Part shown: positions 30,513-42,990 of the stretch, in pieces
Layout of the letters: every line of letters begins with the position of its first letter
Numbering within the stretch: the stretch's first letter is position 1
Assembly: GCA_963822835.1 (NCBI GenBank)
Contig: CAWGIZ010000011.1
Span: 218,973 to 282,972 of the forward strand
Reading direction: 5' to 3'
DNA length: 64,000 nucleotides
Source: an uncultured Alphaproteobacteria bacterium
GTDB lineage: Bacteria > Pseudomonadota > Alphaproteobacteria > CAVTAV01
Made by a program: the position numbers and the translations under genes
The notes under the pieces: model-generated
What the model saw: the letters and a program-made list of their open reading frames with translations, nothing else
What the model was told of the DNA's origin: nothing
The model's database searches: none

Positions 30513-30598
30513 ACACTTCCAACCGCTCAAACGAAAACGGCCAGCCCTTGAGGGCCAGCCGTTCCGAATTCGTCATGGCACGAGAGTGGATCGTGGGT

Positions 30599-31267
30599 CT
30601 ACTCGGCCTTATGTACTGCGCCACCCGTTGCGGCGGGGGCTTCCCCTGTCGCGGCCGGTGCTTCGCCACCGGATTCGCCTGAAGCGGCGGCCGGCGTTGC
30701 GGCCCCTTCATCGCTCGCGGCGGGCGCCGGTACCGGCGGCAGCGGCGGCGGATTCTCGGTATGAGCGCGCAGATAGGCGATGACGTCGGCCCGATCCTTT
30801 ACCTTCGGCAGACCCGCGAAGGACATCTTGGTGCCCGGAACCACGGCGCGCGGATCGGTGAGATAGGTGTTCAGGCGTTCATAGGTCCACTCGCCGCCAT
30901 GTTCTTTCATCGCGTCGGTGTAGTTGTAGCCCGCTTCCGTGGCGACCTTGCGGCCGACCACGTCGTAGAGCCACGGACCCGTCAGGTTCTTGCCGTCTTT
31001 TTCGGCCGTATGGCAGGACTGGCACTTGCGGAACACCTTGGCGCCTTCCTCAGGCGTCGCCGCGGCGAGCAGGGCCTCGAAGGACGGGCCTTTTTCCTCT
31101 TCGCCGCCGCCGGTCGAGCTGGTGGCTTCCTGAACCACGACCGGGAAGGCGACCTTTTCCTGCTCCTGCGGTTCGAAAAGGTTTTCGCCCGCGATACCGA
31201 GGACCTTAATGAACAGAATGCTCGCCAGGACTGCGCCGGCGATCTTATTCATCTCGAATGTATACAA
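30599..31267 (-). CDS. cycM: membrane-anchored c-type cytochrome (CycM-like)
   Basis: 222 aa with an N-terminal TM, haem motif CQSCH, distal Met (GTKMSF) and a Pro/Ala-rich tail. Confidence 0.8.
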   Translation of the reverse strand: MYTFEMNKIAGAVLASILFIKVLGIAGENLFEPQEQEKVAFPVVVQEATSSTGGGEEEKGPSFEALLAAATPEEGAKVFRKCQSCHTAEKDGKNLTGPWLYDVVGRKVATEAGYNYTDAMKEHGGEWTYERLNTYLTDPRAVVPGTKMSFAGLPKVKDRADVIAYLRAHTENPPPLPPVPAPAASDEGAATPAAASGESGGEAPAATGEAPAATGGAVHKAE

Positions 31268-31512
31268 GATTTTGCCTCTAGAGTGTCTAGGACGGGCCGA
31301 AGAATTTTCGCCGGGAGATTAGTGTCTCTTTTGGGCCGGTGCAAGCTGTAAAGCCCGCTCGGGCGCGTGTCTGTTGCATCGCGGCAAGTGAGATGCGATT
31401 GCAAGAGCGGCCGAAGCCCGTTTCCGGCCGCCGAGCGTGCGATTGACAGGGCCCCTCGCCGCCCGGATACTCCGCGCTCCGCACCGTATCGCGGGCGCAA
31501 GGAATACAAGGC

Positions 31513-32389
31513 ATGGCGACAAGGAAAACAAAGGGACAAAGCGCTGAAAAGGCGGCCGCCGACCGCCTCATCGCGTTTCAGGGAGAGCCGGGGGCCTATT
31601 CGCACGGCGCCTGTCTGCATGCCTTCCCCGATATGGACCCCTTGCCCTGCCGGACCTTCGAGGACGCCTTCTCGGCGGTCGAGAAGGGCGAGGCGAAATA
31701 CGCCATGATTCCGATCGATAATTCGGTCGCCGGGCGAGTCGCGGACAATCATCATCTGCTCCCGGCCTCGAAGCTCCATATCATCGGGGAGTATTTCCGG
31801 CCGGTGAACCACCAGCTCATGGCCTGCAAGGGCGCGACGCTCAAAACGATCAAGACGGTGCGCAGCCATGTTCACGCCCTCGGCCAGTGCCGGAAGTTCC
31901 TGCGCAAGCATCGCTACAAGGCGGATGATTCACGCCGACACGGCGGGCGCGGCGCGGGAGGTCGCGGAACTCGGCGATCCCAAGGTCGCGGCGATCGCCT
32001 CGGCGCTGGCGGCGAAGACCTACGGCCTCAAGATCCTCGCCCGCGACATCGAGGACGCCGAACACAATACGACGCGTTTCGTGATCATGGCCCGCGAGGC
32101 GAAGATTCCCGACCCGAAGGACGGGCCGACCATGATGACCTTCGTCTTCCAGGTCCGGAACGTGCCGGCCGCGCTGTACAAGGCTCTGGGCGGATTCGCG
32201 ACCAACGGCATCAACATGACCAAGCTCGAGATCCTATCAGCTTGGCGGTTCGTTCAACGCGACGCAGTTCTATGCCGATATCGTCGGCCATCCGTCGGAG
32301 CGCGCGGTCAAGCTCGCCTTCGAGGAACTCGGCTTCTTCACCACCCGGGTCAAGATTCTCGGCGTCTATCCGGCCAAACGTTTCGGCGG

Positions 32390-32393
<4 letters not shown>
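31513..32393 (+). pseudogene. pheA: prephenate dehydratase, at least 2 frameshifts (about 31925 and 32235)
   Basis: Three frames join into a full PheA: IAFQGEPGAYSH...SHVHALGQC | IHADTAGAAREVA...TRFVIMARE...INMTKLE | SYQLGGSFNATQFYADIVGHP...*, with the stop at 32391-32393. Confidence 0.85.
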
Positions 32394-33354
<961 letters not shown>

Positions 33355-33473
33355 CGCGGGATTCCTTCCGTGCGAGGCGCCCGAGCCTGCCACAGGGGGA
33401 GGCGGCGGGCAACGCCGGATACGAGGGCGACGACCCTTGCCCCCTCCGGTCAAATAGCCGATATACTGAGGTC

Positions 33474-33569
33474 GGGAGGTTGGCGGCGGACGGGCGCCTC
33501 GCCAACCCGGTCAGGTCCGGAAGGAAGCAGCCGTAACGAGTTTTGCTCGGGTCGCTGGTCCAACCTCCC
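33474..33569 (+). ncRNA. ffs: signal recognition particle RNA (4.5S/SRP RNA)
   Basis: The closing helix GGGAGGTTGG...CCAACCTCCC encloses the universally conserved GGTCAGGTCCGGAAGGAAGCAGCC domain IV motif. It occupies the canonical position upstream of dnaX. Confidence 0.9.
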
Positions 33570-33662
33570 ACCGATCTCCGGAAGATCGGACCCGGCGCGA
33601 GGCCGGAATGATCGGAGGCGCATGGCAATCCGTAAGGGAAGCGTAACCCAAAGGGCAACTCG

Positions 33663-35416
33663 ATGACTGACGCCGGCAGGGCGCACGCGCCGGCGGCTAT
33701 CGCGTGCTCGCGCGCAAATACCGCCCGACCACCTTCGCCGAACTCTATGGCCAGGATGCCATGGTGCGCACGCTCTCGAATGCGATCAAGAGCGGACGGC
33801 TGGCCCATGCCTTCATCCTGACCGGCGTGCGCGGCGTCGGCAAGACGACCACCGCGCGGCTGATCGCCCGCGCGCTGAATTGCGTCGGGCCCGACGGCAA
33901 GGGCGGCCCGACCATCGAGCCATGCGGGGTCTGCACGCATTGCGTCGCGATTGCCGAATCGCGCCATGTCGACGTGATGGAGATGGACGCCGCGAGCCGC
34001 ACCGGCGTCGACGATATTCGCGAGATCATCGACGGCGTGCGTTATGCGCCCGTGTCCGGCGCGCGAGAAGATCTACATCATCGACGAAGTGCACATGCTC
34101 TCGAAGAACGCGTTCAACGCGCTTCTCAAGACGCTCGAAGAGCCGCCGGAGCATGTCCGCTTCATCTTCGCGACGACGGAAATCCGCAAGGTTCCGGTGA
34201 CCGTTCTGTCGCGCTGCCAGCGGTTCGATCTGCGGCGCGTCGAGATCCCGGTGCTGATCGAAAATCTGCGCATGATCGCGGAGAAAGAGAAGGTGTCCGA
34301 TCGAGGACGCCGCTTTCGGCCTGATCGCGCGCGCCGCCGAGGGCTCCGTACGCGACGCCCAGTCGCTGCTGGAGCAGGCGTTGGCCCACGGCGCCGGCGA
34401 GGTGACCGAGGAACGGGTGCGCGACATGCTCGGCCTCGCCGACCGCGCGCGGATGTTCGATCTCTTCGAGGCGGCGATGGCGGGCGAGATCGCGCCGCGC
34501 TGGACATCATGCGCGAGCAATATCGGCTCGGCGCGGATCCGACCGTGATCCTCGAGGATCTCCTCGATCTCACCCATTGGCTGACCCGGCTCAAGCTCGC
34601 GCCCAATGCCGGCGACAATATGGCCATCGGCGAGACCGAGCGCGTGAAGGGCAGGGAGTTCGCCGACCAAGCTCTCGATGCCGATACTGACGCGAAGCTG
34701 GCAGATTCTGCTCAAAGGGCTGGACGAAACGCGCCGCGCGCCCTCGCCCGATGCCGCGGCCGAGATGGCGCTGGTGCGGCTCGCCTTCTCGGCCGAGCTT
34801 CCCGATCCGGCCGACCTCGTGAAGCGTCTGGACGAATCGCGCGATTCGGCATCGAGCGCGCCGCCGTCCTCCCGCGCCGAATCGACCGCCTCCTCCGCGC
34901 CGGCCATGCGCGAGCCGGTTTCCCAGGACTCCGCACCCCGCGATCCCGTATCCCGGGACGCGGGCAGCCGGTCCAGTGGCGGTGGGGTCGGCGCGTCGAG
35001 CGCGGCCCGCATGATGGCGTCGCCACAGGCCTCGCCCGAGGCAGATGCGGTTCCGGCGCCGTCGAATTTCGCCGAACTCGTCGCTTTGTTCGCCGAGCGG
35101 CGGGAAATGATCCTGCATACCCATCTGGTCGACCATGTTCATCTGGTGCGGTTTTCGCCCGGACATCTCGAAGCTGCGGATCGAGGACAGGGCACCGGCA
35201 AATCTGGCGGCGCAGATCAGCAACAAGTTGAAGGAATGGACCGGCGAACGCTGGATGCTGAGCCTCACCCGGGATCTCGGCGAGCCGACACTGCGCGAGC
35301 AGCAACTGGCGGCGGCGGGACGGATCCGGGAGGAAGCATTGCGCGATCCGCTGGTTCAGACCGTGCTGGAGACATTTCCGGGCGCCGAGATCACCGCGAT
35401 CCGCAAGGACGACTGA
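33663..35416 (+). pseudogene. dnaX: DNA polymerase III subunits gamma/tau, about 6 frameshifts
   Basis: Frames join into a full-length DnaX: YRVLARKYRP...GVRGVGKTTTARL...CGVCTHC | [12 protein letters not shown]...SRCQRFDL | [26 protein letters not shown] | LDIMREQY... | [16 protein letters not shown]... | [11 protein letters not shown]...ITAIRKDD*. Shifts lie near 33690, 34058, 34300, 34500, 34680 and 35165. Confidence 0.85.
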
Positions 35417-35474
35417 CACCGGCACCATGCATGGCCGGGCGCGCCGCGATTTAGAGAGGAGTTGAAGGACTTGC

Positions 35475-35799
35475 ATGAAGAATATTGGTCAGATGCTCAA
35501 ACAGGCCCAGGAGCTCCAAAACAAGATGGGCGAGATGCAGGAGAAGCTCGCCGAGGCCGAGATATCCGGCCAGTCCGGCGGCGGCATGGTGACCTGCACC
35601 TTGAACGGCAAGGGCGAGTTGAAGGGCGTGAAGATCGATCCCTCGCTCGTCGATCCCGAAGGATGTCGAGATTCTCGAGGACCTGATCGTCGCCGCCCAT
35701 ACCGACGCCAAGGCCAAGCTCGAGGTCTATGTGCAGGAAGAGATGTCCAAGGTGACCGGCGGTCTGCAATTGCCGCCGGGCATGAAGCTGCCGTTCTAG
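35475..35799 (+). pseudogene. ybaB: nucleoid-associated protein YbaB/EbfC, one frameshift near 35660
   Basis: MKNIGQMLKQAQELQNKMGEMQ...IDPSLVDPE | [21 protein letters not shown]...MKLPF*. An extra G in GAA-G-GAT restores the frame when removed. Confidence 0.85.
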
Positions 35800-35827
35800 G
35801 ATTTGCGCCGGGTTTCGGGAAAATTCA

Positions 35828-36439
35828 GTGCAGATGAACGGTAGAGGCACGGGCAGCGAGATCGAGCGCCTGATTCAGCTCCTCGGCAAGCTGCCGGGGC
35901 TCGGGCCGCGTTCGGCGCGCCGTGCCGTGTTGCATCTTCTCAAGCGCCGCGATTCGCTGATGGAGCCGCTGGCCCGCGCGCTTTCCGAAACCGCGCGCAC
36001 GGTTCACGCCTGCAGCATCTGCGGCAATCTCGATACGGCCGATCCCTGTACGATCTGCACCGACCCGAAGCGGGACACGGGACTGATCTGTGTCGTCGAG
36101 GAGGTCGCCGATCTCTGGGCGCTCGAGCGTACGGGCGCGTTTTCCGGCCGTTATCACGTGCTCGGCGGAACCCTGTCGGCGCTCGACGGCGTGGGCCCCG
36201 AGGATCTCAATATCCCGAAGCTGATCGAGCGGGCGCGGAGCGGCTCCGTGAGCGAGATCGTGCTCGCGAACAATGCCACCGTCGAAGGCCAGACCACGGC
36301 CCATTACATCATGGACCATCTGGCGTCTGACACGGTGAAGGTCTCCGGCATCGCGCACGGCGTGCCGGTCGGCGGCGAACTGGATTATCTGGACGACGGC
36401 ACCATCGCCGCCGCGCTCAAGGCCCGGCGGCCGATCTAG
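35828..36439 (+). CDS. recR: recombination protein RecR
   Basis: Intact 203 aa with the HhH region ([11 protein letters not shown]), a C4 zinc finger (CSICGNL...CTIC) and a Toprim domain. Confidence 0.9.
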   Translation: MQMNGRGTGSEIERLIQLLGKLPGLGPRSARRAVLHLLKRRDSLMEPLARALSETARTVHACSICGNLDTADPCTICTDPKRDTGLICVVEEVADLWALERTGAFSGRYHVLGGTLSALDGVGPEDLNIPKLIERARSGSVSEIVLANNATVEGQTTAHYIMDHLASDTVKVSGIAHGVPVGGELDYLDDGTIAAALKARRPI

Positions 36440-36460
36440 ACCGGTATCGACAAAACCGGA

Positions 36461-37795
36461 TCAGGCGGCTTTTTCGGAGGTGCGCAGCGACGTAACGACG
36501 GCGTTCACCGCCGCGTCGAGCTCGTCGGACACGCGCGCGAGTTCGTCGCAGGACATCCGGACCTTGGTGGACATCTCGCTCATGCCCTTGGTCTGTTTCG
36601 CGACCGAGCTGATATCGTCGCGCACGCCGCGCACGCGCTCGGCGGTCTGCAGGATATTGCTGCTGATTTCCGTGGTCGCCTGAGCCTGTTGCTCGACCGC
36701 CTCGCTCGCGGCCGTGGAGTTCTTCTCGGTTTCCTTGATCACCACGCCGATCATCTCGATCGACTTCGCGGCCTCTTCGATGGCGCTCGTGATCTTGCCG
36801 ATCTGGGAGCCGATGGTCTTGGTTGCGCTCGATGTCTGATTGGCGAGCGCCTTGACCTCGGAGGCGACGACCGCGAAGCCCTTGCCGAACTCGCCGGCAC
36901 GCGCCGCTTCGATGGTCGCGTTGAGCGCGAGAAGATTGGTCTGGGCCGCGATGTCGGAGATCGTCTTCACGATCGCATCGACCTCGCCGGCATATTTCGA
37001 CAGACCCTGAATGACGGTGTTGGATCGTTCTGCGGCGGACACGGCGTCCTGCGCGATCTTCGAGGACGCCTCGGCGCGGCGGCCGATTTCGTTGACGGAA
37101 GCGCTCATCTCCTCGACGGCGGCCGAGACGGCCTCGACATTGTGGGTCGCCTGATCGGACGCGTTGACCACCGAGCTCGACCGGTCGCCGAGTTCATCGA
37201 CGGCATTATCGAGCGCATCGACGATACCGCTCATCGCCATGCTCTGCTTGACCACCGCGGCGCTCACCCGGCCGATCTTCTCCTCGAGCTGATCGGCAAG
37301 ATGACGATGTTCGCTGCGGCGGATGCGTTCGGCCTCATCGAGATAGACGGAGATCGCCACATCCATGTCGAGCAGGGCCGCCTTCATCACGGCGCCCAGC
37401 ATGTTGGCCGTTTCCTCGTCATGCGCCAGAGCCACCTTCACCATCCGGTCGATGATGTAGGCATAGCCGCCGATATACCAGGTGGGCTCCAGACCGATAT
37501 GCTGGTGGGCCTGACCGATCCGCTTGGCGCGGTCGTGATAGGTCCGGTCGAAAACGCCGGAAAAAAGCTGCATCCAGTGTTCGGTTTGCGCGGCCTTCAA
37601 CCTTTCGGCGGGACCGTGGGCCCGGACCTTTTCCGCAAGGGCGGGCTGCGTGCCGACGTGATCGTAGAAACCGTCGAGGATGTCCGGAAGATTGTCCCGG
37701 AGATAGGCTCGGAATTTCTCGAGTTGGGGCTTATCGGAAAGACTTAGATTGAAGAAATCCACTCGGGACTTCATCCCGACACTCGAACCACTCAT
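36461..37795 (-). CDS. soluble globin-coupled methyl-accepting chemotaxis protein (HemAT-like)
   Basis: Intact 444 aa with no TM segment. The N-terminal protoglobin/sensor-globin region (FYDHV...[17 protein letters not shown]) is followed by the MCP signalling hairpin ([36 protein letters not shown]). Confidence 0.8.
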   Translation of the reverse strand: MSGSSVGMKSRVDFFNLSLSDKPQLEKFRAYLRDNLPDILDGFYDHVGTQPALAEKVRAHGPAERLKAAQTEHWMQLFSGVFDRTYHDRAKRIGQAHQHIGLEPTWYIGGYAYIIDRMVKVALAHDEETANMLGAVMKAALLDMDVAISVYLDEAERIRRSEHRHLADQLEEKIGRVSAAVVKQSMAMSGIVDALDNAVDELGDRSSSVVNASDQATHNVEAVSAAVEEMSASVNEIGRRAEASSKIAQDAVSAAERSNTVIQGLSKYAGEVDAIVKTISDIAAQTNLLALNATIEAARAGEFGKGFAVVASEVKALANQTSSATKTIGSQIGKITSAIEEAAKSIEMIGVVIKETEKNSTAASEAVEQQAQATTEISSNILQTAERVRGVRDDISSVAKQTKGMSEMSTKVRMSCDELARVSDELDAAVNAVVTSLRTSEKAA

Positions 37796-37969
37796 CGCTT
37801 ATTTTATCCTTGGTGCGGCGCCAAACGGCGATCGGAAACATTCCCTTCCTGTCTAAAGGAAGGGCGTTAAGAAATGGCTAAGGATAAAAGGAAGGACTAG
37901 GCGGAATCAGAGGCTTAGCTCACATTCCGTCCGGAATTTTCTAACGATGGCGGATGGCACCCGGCCGGA

Positions 37970-40298
37970 TCAGCCGCATTTCGAATAGCCGCAATTGATG
38001 CAGCTGTCGCAGCCTTCCTGCCGCACGAGCGCCGGCGCGTTGCATTTCGGACAGGCGCGCAGCCGGGGATCGCCGACCTCGCGGTCGTCGCCGACGACGA
38101 TCTTGCGCTTCTCCGGCAGCGGCATGTCGCCGTGCGGATCCGCGATGAAGCCGATCTCGATCAGGTGCTTTTCGATCACGTCGCCGATCGCCGCCAGGAT
38201 CGAGGGCACGTAATGGCCATCCACCCAGCGTCCGCCCCGCGGATCGAACACCGCCTTCAATTCCTCGACCACGAAGGACACGTCGCCGCCGCGCCGGAAC
38301 ACCGCGCTGATCATGCGGGTGAGCGCGACCGTCCAGGCATAGTGCTCCATATTCTTCGAATTGATGAACACCTCGAAAGGCCGGCGGCGGCCATCCTGAA
38401 TCACGTCGTTGATGGTGATGTACATCGCGTGATCGGAATCCGGCCAGCGCACCTTATAGGTCTTGCCCGGCAGCACGCCCGGCCGGTCCAGCGGCTGGGT
38501 GAGATAGACGACGCCACCCGCTTCATACGGGATCGCGCGGCTTCGCCTTCGGGCTGTCCAGCGGCAATTCGGGCTCGGCATCCGCGCGGGCCGGCTTCAC
38601 CTCCAGCACCGATCCCGTCACGTCGTTCGGCCGATAGGTCGTGCAGCCCTTGCAGCCTTTCTCATAGGCGAGGAGATAGACATTGCTGAAATCCTCGAAG
38701 CTGATGTCCTCGGGGCAGTTGATCGTCTTGGAGATCGAGCTGTCGATATGCTTCTGCACGGCGGCCTGCATCACGCACGTGATCCTCGGGCGCGAGCGTC
38801 ATGGCCGAGACGAAATAATCCGGCAGCTCGGCATTCTCGCCGTAGGTCTTCTTGTAGAGCCGGTAGGCGTAATCCGAGACCTCCTCCTCGCGGCGGCTGC
38901 CATCGGGCATCAGCACCTTGCGGGTATAGGTGAAGCTGAAAACCGGCTCGAGGCCCGACGACACATTGTCGGCAAGGAGCGAGATCGTGCCGGTCGGCGC
39001 GATCGAGGTCAGCAGCGAATTGCGGATGCCGTGTTTGGTGATCGCCGCCTTCACATCCTCGTCAAGCTCGGCGACCATCGGCGCGGCCAGATAGGCCTTC
39101 GCATCGTATAGCGGGAAGGCGCCCTTCTCGCCCGCGAGCTCGGCGGACGCGAGATAGGCCGCGCGGCGGATCGCCGCCATCCATCGCCCGGTCATCTTCA
39201 ACGCTCCGGCGCTGCCATAGCGCAGCCGGCACAGAATCAGCGCGTCGGCAAGTCCGGTAACGCCGAGCCCGATGCGGCGCTTGGCCTTCGCCTCGTGATC
39301 CTGGGCCTCGAGCGGAAAGCGCGACACGTCGATCACATTGTCCATCATGCGGACCGCGATCTTCACCAGATCGGCGAGCGCCGCCTCGTCGATCGCGGCC
39401 TCCTCGGTGAACGGCGCCGTGACCAGCCGCGCCAGATTGATCGAGCCCAGCAGACACGCGCCATAAGGCGGCAGCGGCTGCTCGCCGCACGGATTGGTCG
39501 CGCTGATCGTCTCGCAATAGCTGGAGATTGTTCCGCGCGTTGATGCGGTCGATGAAGATCACGCCCGGCTCGGCATAGGCATAGGTCGCGCGCATGATCT
39601 GGTCCCACAGCTCGCGCGCCCGCATGGTCTTGAAAACCGTGCCGTTGAATTGAGCTGCCAGGGCTCGTCCGCCTTGACCGCCTCGATGAAGGCATCGCGT
39701 CACCAGCACCGAGAGATTGAACATGCGCAGCCGGCCGGGATCCTGCTTGGCCTCGATAAAGGCCTCGATATCGGGATGGTCGCAGCGCATGGTCGCCATC
39801 ATGGCGCCGCGGCGGTGGCCCGCGCTCATGATGGTGCGGCACATGGCGTCCCAGACATCCATGAAGGACGAGCGGACCGGAGGCATCCGCGCCGACGCCC
39901 TTGACCGGCGCGCCCTTGGGCCTCAGCGTCGAGAAGTCGTAGCCGATGCCGCCGCCCTGCTGCATGGTGAGCGCGGCTTCCTTCAGATTGTCGAAGATGC
40001 CGCTCATGTCGTCCGGGAATCGTGCCCATGACGAAGCAGTTGAACAGCGTGACCTGACGCCCCGTGCCGGCGCCGGCGAGAATCCGACCCGCCGGCAGGA
40101 ACCGGAAATCGGCCATCGCGTCGTAGAATTTTTGCTGCCACTCGGCGCGCACGGACTCCGCCTCGGGCGCGGCCAAGGCCGTCGCCACGCGGCGCCAGCT
40201 GTCGCTCGATCGTGCCGTCGACCGGGCGTGCCGTCCGCATCCTTGAGACGGTATTTCATGTCCCAGATCTGCTGGGAAATGGTCGTCAGGGTCGACAT
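37970..40298 (-). pseudogene. nrdJ: adenosylcobalamin-dependent (class II) ribonucleotide reductase, about 9 frameshifts
   Basis: The pieces tile a full NrdJ: MSTLTTISQQIWDMKYR... FRFLPAGRIL...LFNCFV | MQQGGGIGYDFSTLRPKG | SFMDVWD...MRCDHPDIE | NPCGEQPLPPYGACLLGSINL | ...TGTISLLADNVSSGLEP | SISKTINCPED | C-terminal Cys-rich tail CPKC...CDSCINCGYSKCG*. Confidence 0.85.
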
Positions 40299-40550
40299 AC
40301 GAAAGATTCCCGAGAGTTGGGTTGTTACCCCGCGCGGCCAGCCGGGCGCGATTCCATGCGGGGCTGGGATTTTACCCCTCGCGCGTCCGAGACGCAAAGA
40401 TTTGTTCTCGTTATGTTTCCATGTCTTATACCCCGATCCTTGTTTCATAGGGGAATGAAAAGAAAGTTCTTTTCAGCTTATCCCCGGAATTCACAGGGTT
40501 CAGGGTTGCACTTATCCTCAAGATGGGAGCCCGGGCCGGAATATCCAGCG

Positions 40551-41286
40551 TCAACCGCCGGCCTTCCGCGCCTCCGCGATCAGGGCGTCGGTCGCGGGCT
40601 CGAGTTTCGATTCGAGAGCGGTGATGAATTCGGCGCGTTTGACGCCGGGCGCGAATCGGCGGGAAGGAATTCGAGAATGATCGTGCCGGGCCGGCGGATG
40701 AATTTGCGGCGCGGCCAGAACAGCCCCGAATTCAACGCGACCGGAATCACCGGCACGCCGAGTTGCCGTATAAGCCCGCCGATACCGGGCCGATAGGGCG
40801 CGCGCTCGCCCGGCGCGACGCGCGTGCCTTCCGGGAAGATCACGATCGGCCGGCCCGCCTTCACGGCCGCCTTGGCGGCGCGCGAACATGCCGCGCACCG
40901 CTGCCGGGCCGCCTCGCCGGTCGATCGGGATCATGCGCGACCTTGCTCGCATACCAGCCATAGACCGGGATCCAGGAACAGCTCGCGCTTCATGATCACG
41001 GCGGGATCGTCGAGCGCCATGTGATAGACGATGGTGTCCCAGGCCGACTGGTGCTTGGAGGCGATCAGCACCGGCGCCCTTCGGGAAGATTCTTGCGTGC
41101 CGCGGATCTCGATCCGGATTCCGGCGAGCACGCGCATCAGCCCCATCACGCCGCGCGCCCAGAGCGTCTGGCCGCGCACCGTCCACGGGCGGGGCCCGAA
41201 GAAGCGCCGGCAGCCAGAGGATCGCCATGCCCGCCGTCCAGAGATAGAAGGCGACATTGAAGGCAAGGGATCGGATCAACGAGCAT
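40551..41286 (-). pseudogene. plsC: 1-acyl-sn-glycerol-3-phosphate acyltransferase, at least 5 frameshifts
   Basis: The pieces contain the HxxxxD block region (LIASKHQSAWDT), ELFLIP-type sequence, IPIDRRGG and VIFPEGTR. The stop is at 40551. Confidence 0.75.
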
Positions 41287-41293
41287 TGCGGCC

Positions 41294-41989
41294 TCAGGAT
41301 CCCGAGATCGTCAGGATGGCGCGCATGAGCCCGACCCGCGCCACGCTGGCCAGATATTTCGTGTATTCGAAGGCGAGAAGCCGCGTGGTGCCGGACCAGC
41401 GCCACCAGTCGGACAGCTTCACGGTGTCGGTGAACACCGGATACGGAACCAGCATGCAGGCCGGCACGGCGTAGCGCAATTCGACAAGCGCGCGCGGCAT
41501 GTGATAGCTCGCCGTCACCACGATGACCGAGGCATAGCCATGGCTCACCACCCAGGACGCCGTCTCCTGGGCGTTGCCGATCGTATCCTGCGCTTCCCGG
41601 CCGAGATCGACGCAGCAATCGAACAGGCCTCGGCGCGCTCTTGCCCATAAGGTCTTGAACTTGGTCCGCGCCAGTCGCGCGGTTGACGCCGGTGACCAGA
41701 AGCCGCTCGCCATAACCCTTGTCCAGCAGGTCCATCGCGGCGTCAGCCGCTGGTCGCCGCCGGTCAGCACTACGATGCCGCCGGTGCGATCCCGGTGATG
41801 ACCGGCTCGGTCGCGCGGCAGGGACGCGGCGAACCAGACAAAGCCGGCGAGCCAGGCGATCACCAGAGCAGCGACGGCCCAAAGGATGATCCGCCGCTTG
41901 CGCCCGCGACTGCCGACCCTTGGACCAGGCCGGCCATGGTCAGACCATCCGGCCCAGCGCCGATTCACGGTCTGACGCGCGGTCACCAT
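41294..41989 (-). pseudogene. YdcF-like DUF218 protein, 2 frameshifts (about 41690-41760)
   Basis: N-terminal Arg-rich/TM segment (RKRRIILWAVAALVIAWLAGFVWF), then IVVLTGG, VTGVN and ASVIVVTASYHMPRA across frames. The start is uncertain because the frame is continuous with the ftsX tail. Confidence 0.6.
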
Positions 41990-42824
41990 GGTCAGCAGGC
42001 TCGCGGCACCGGCAGGATCAGCAACGACGCGAAAAGCGTCAACGGACAACGCCATCTTGGGAATGAAGGCGTCCTCCATGCCGAAGGAAAGCCGCGACAG
42101 GCCGAGCAGCGAGAGGACGCGCGATGCCCATGCCGATCAGCCCGCCCTTGAGGCCGAGCCAGAAGAAATGGCGCTGGAACTGGGATGCGATGAAACTGTC
42201 CTTGGCGCCGATGAGATGCAGGATCTCGATGGTGCTGTGATGGATCGCCATGCCGGCGCGGGTCGCGAAGATGACGATGGCGATCGTCGCGAAGCCGACG
42301 AGAGTCACGATACCGGCCGCGATGAGCTGGACATTCTCGGCAAGGCCGATGAAGCGCTGCAGCCAGGTGCCGTGATCATCCAGCACGGCGTCGGGCGCGA
42401 CCTCGGTGAGACTTTTCCGGAGCGCGTCGAGATCGAGGTCGCCGTCGCGCGCGAGAACTGACATCGACAGTAAGCGGGATCGGCAGATCGTCGGTCACGT
42501 TGCCGGCGCCGAGCCAGGGTTCGAGGAGCTGCTTGACCTCCGACTTGCTCATCGGCAGCGCGCTGTCGACGCCGGGCGTCTTCTTGAGCAGCGCCACGAC
42601 GGCGTCGCGCTCGATCTCCGGCCGCCGCCTCGTCGCCCGTGGTGATCTGCACGGTGACGGTATGGGACAGGGCCGCGCGCCAGTTCGCGACCGACTGGTC
42701 GAGAGTCACCACACCGGCGAGGCCGAGCCCCGCGAGATAGGCCATCACGGCGATCACCCAGGGCAGCAGCCGGCCCGAGGGATGGTCCGCGAGATAGACG
42801 ATGGGCTTGCGAAACAGAAGTCAT
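41940..42824 (-). pseudogene. ftsX: cell-division ABC transporter permease FtsX, at least 4 frameshifts
   Basis: ATG 42824, then pieces LLFRKPIVYL...WVIAVMAYLAGL | ALLKKTPGVDSALPMSKSEV...LPIPLTVDV | LARDGDLD...IEILHLIGAKDSFIASQFQRHFFWLGLKGGLIG | ...LLTMVTARQTVNR. The expected stop at about 41940 is out of frame. Confidence 0.7.
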
Positions 42825-42990
42825 GGGCGCGGCCTAATCCGAATCGCTCGAATGGCCGGACGACGCCGCATCGCCGCTACTGTCGTCATTGTCGTCATCG
42901 ATGTCCTCGTCGGGATCGGCGGGCGATGCGCTTTCCGGCGCGCGTCGATTGCGCTCGCCGCGGCCATAGGCGACACGCGCAGCGTCGGCT

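Noticed and set aside
28534-30711. 725-aa version of SBP copy 3 with a 95-aa N-terminal extension.
   Set aside because: The extension translates the palindromic repeat and the cycM 3' flank. A canonical signal peptide starts at 30426.
33663-35416. Programmed ribosomal frameshift in dnaX (tau/gamma), as in E. coli.
   Set aside because: There are about six frame changes in both directions, spread over the whole gene. None sits at an A-AAA-AAG-type slippery heptamer, and neighbouring unrelated genes show the same damage.
37843-37863. Terminator hairpin CCCTTCC-N7-GGAAGGG downstream of nrdJ.
   Set aside because: The stem is only 7 bp, the U-tract on the transcribed strand is weak, and it lies about 110 nt from the stop. 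This is not strong enough to call.
40299-40550. Cobalamin riboswitch or NrdR boxes in the roughly 250-nt nrdJ leader.
   Set aside because: No B12-box-like core and no convincing 16-bp NrdR palindrome pair were found by eye. Some GC-rich stems exist, but nothing I can assign. A covariance-model scan would be needed.
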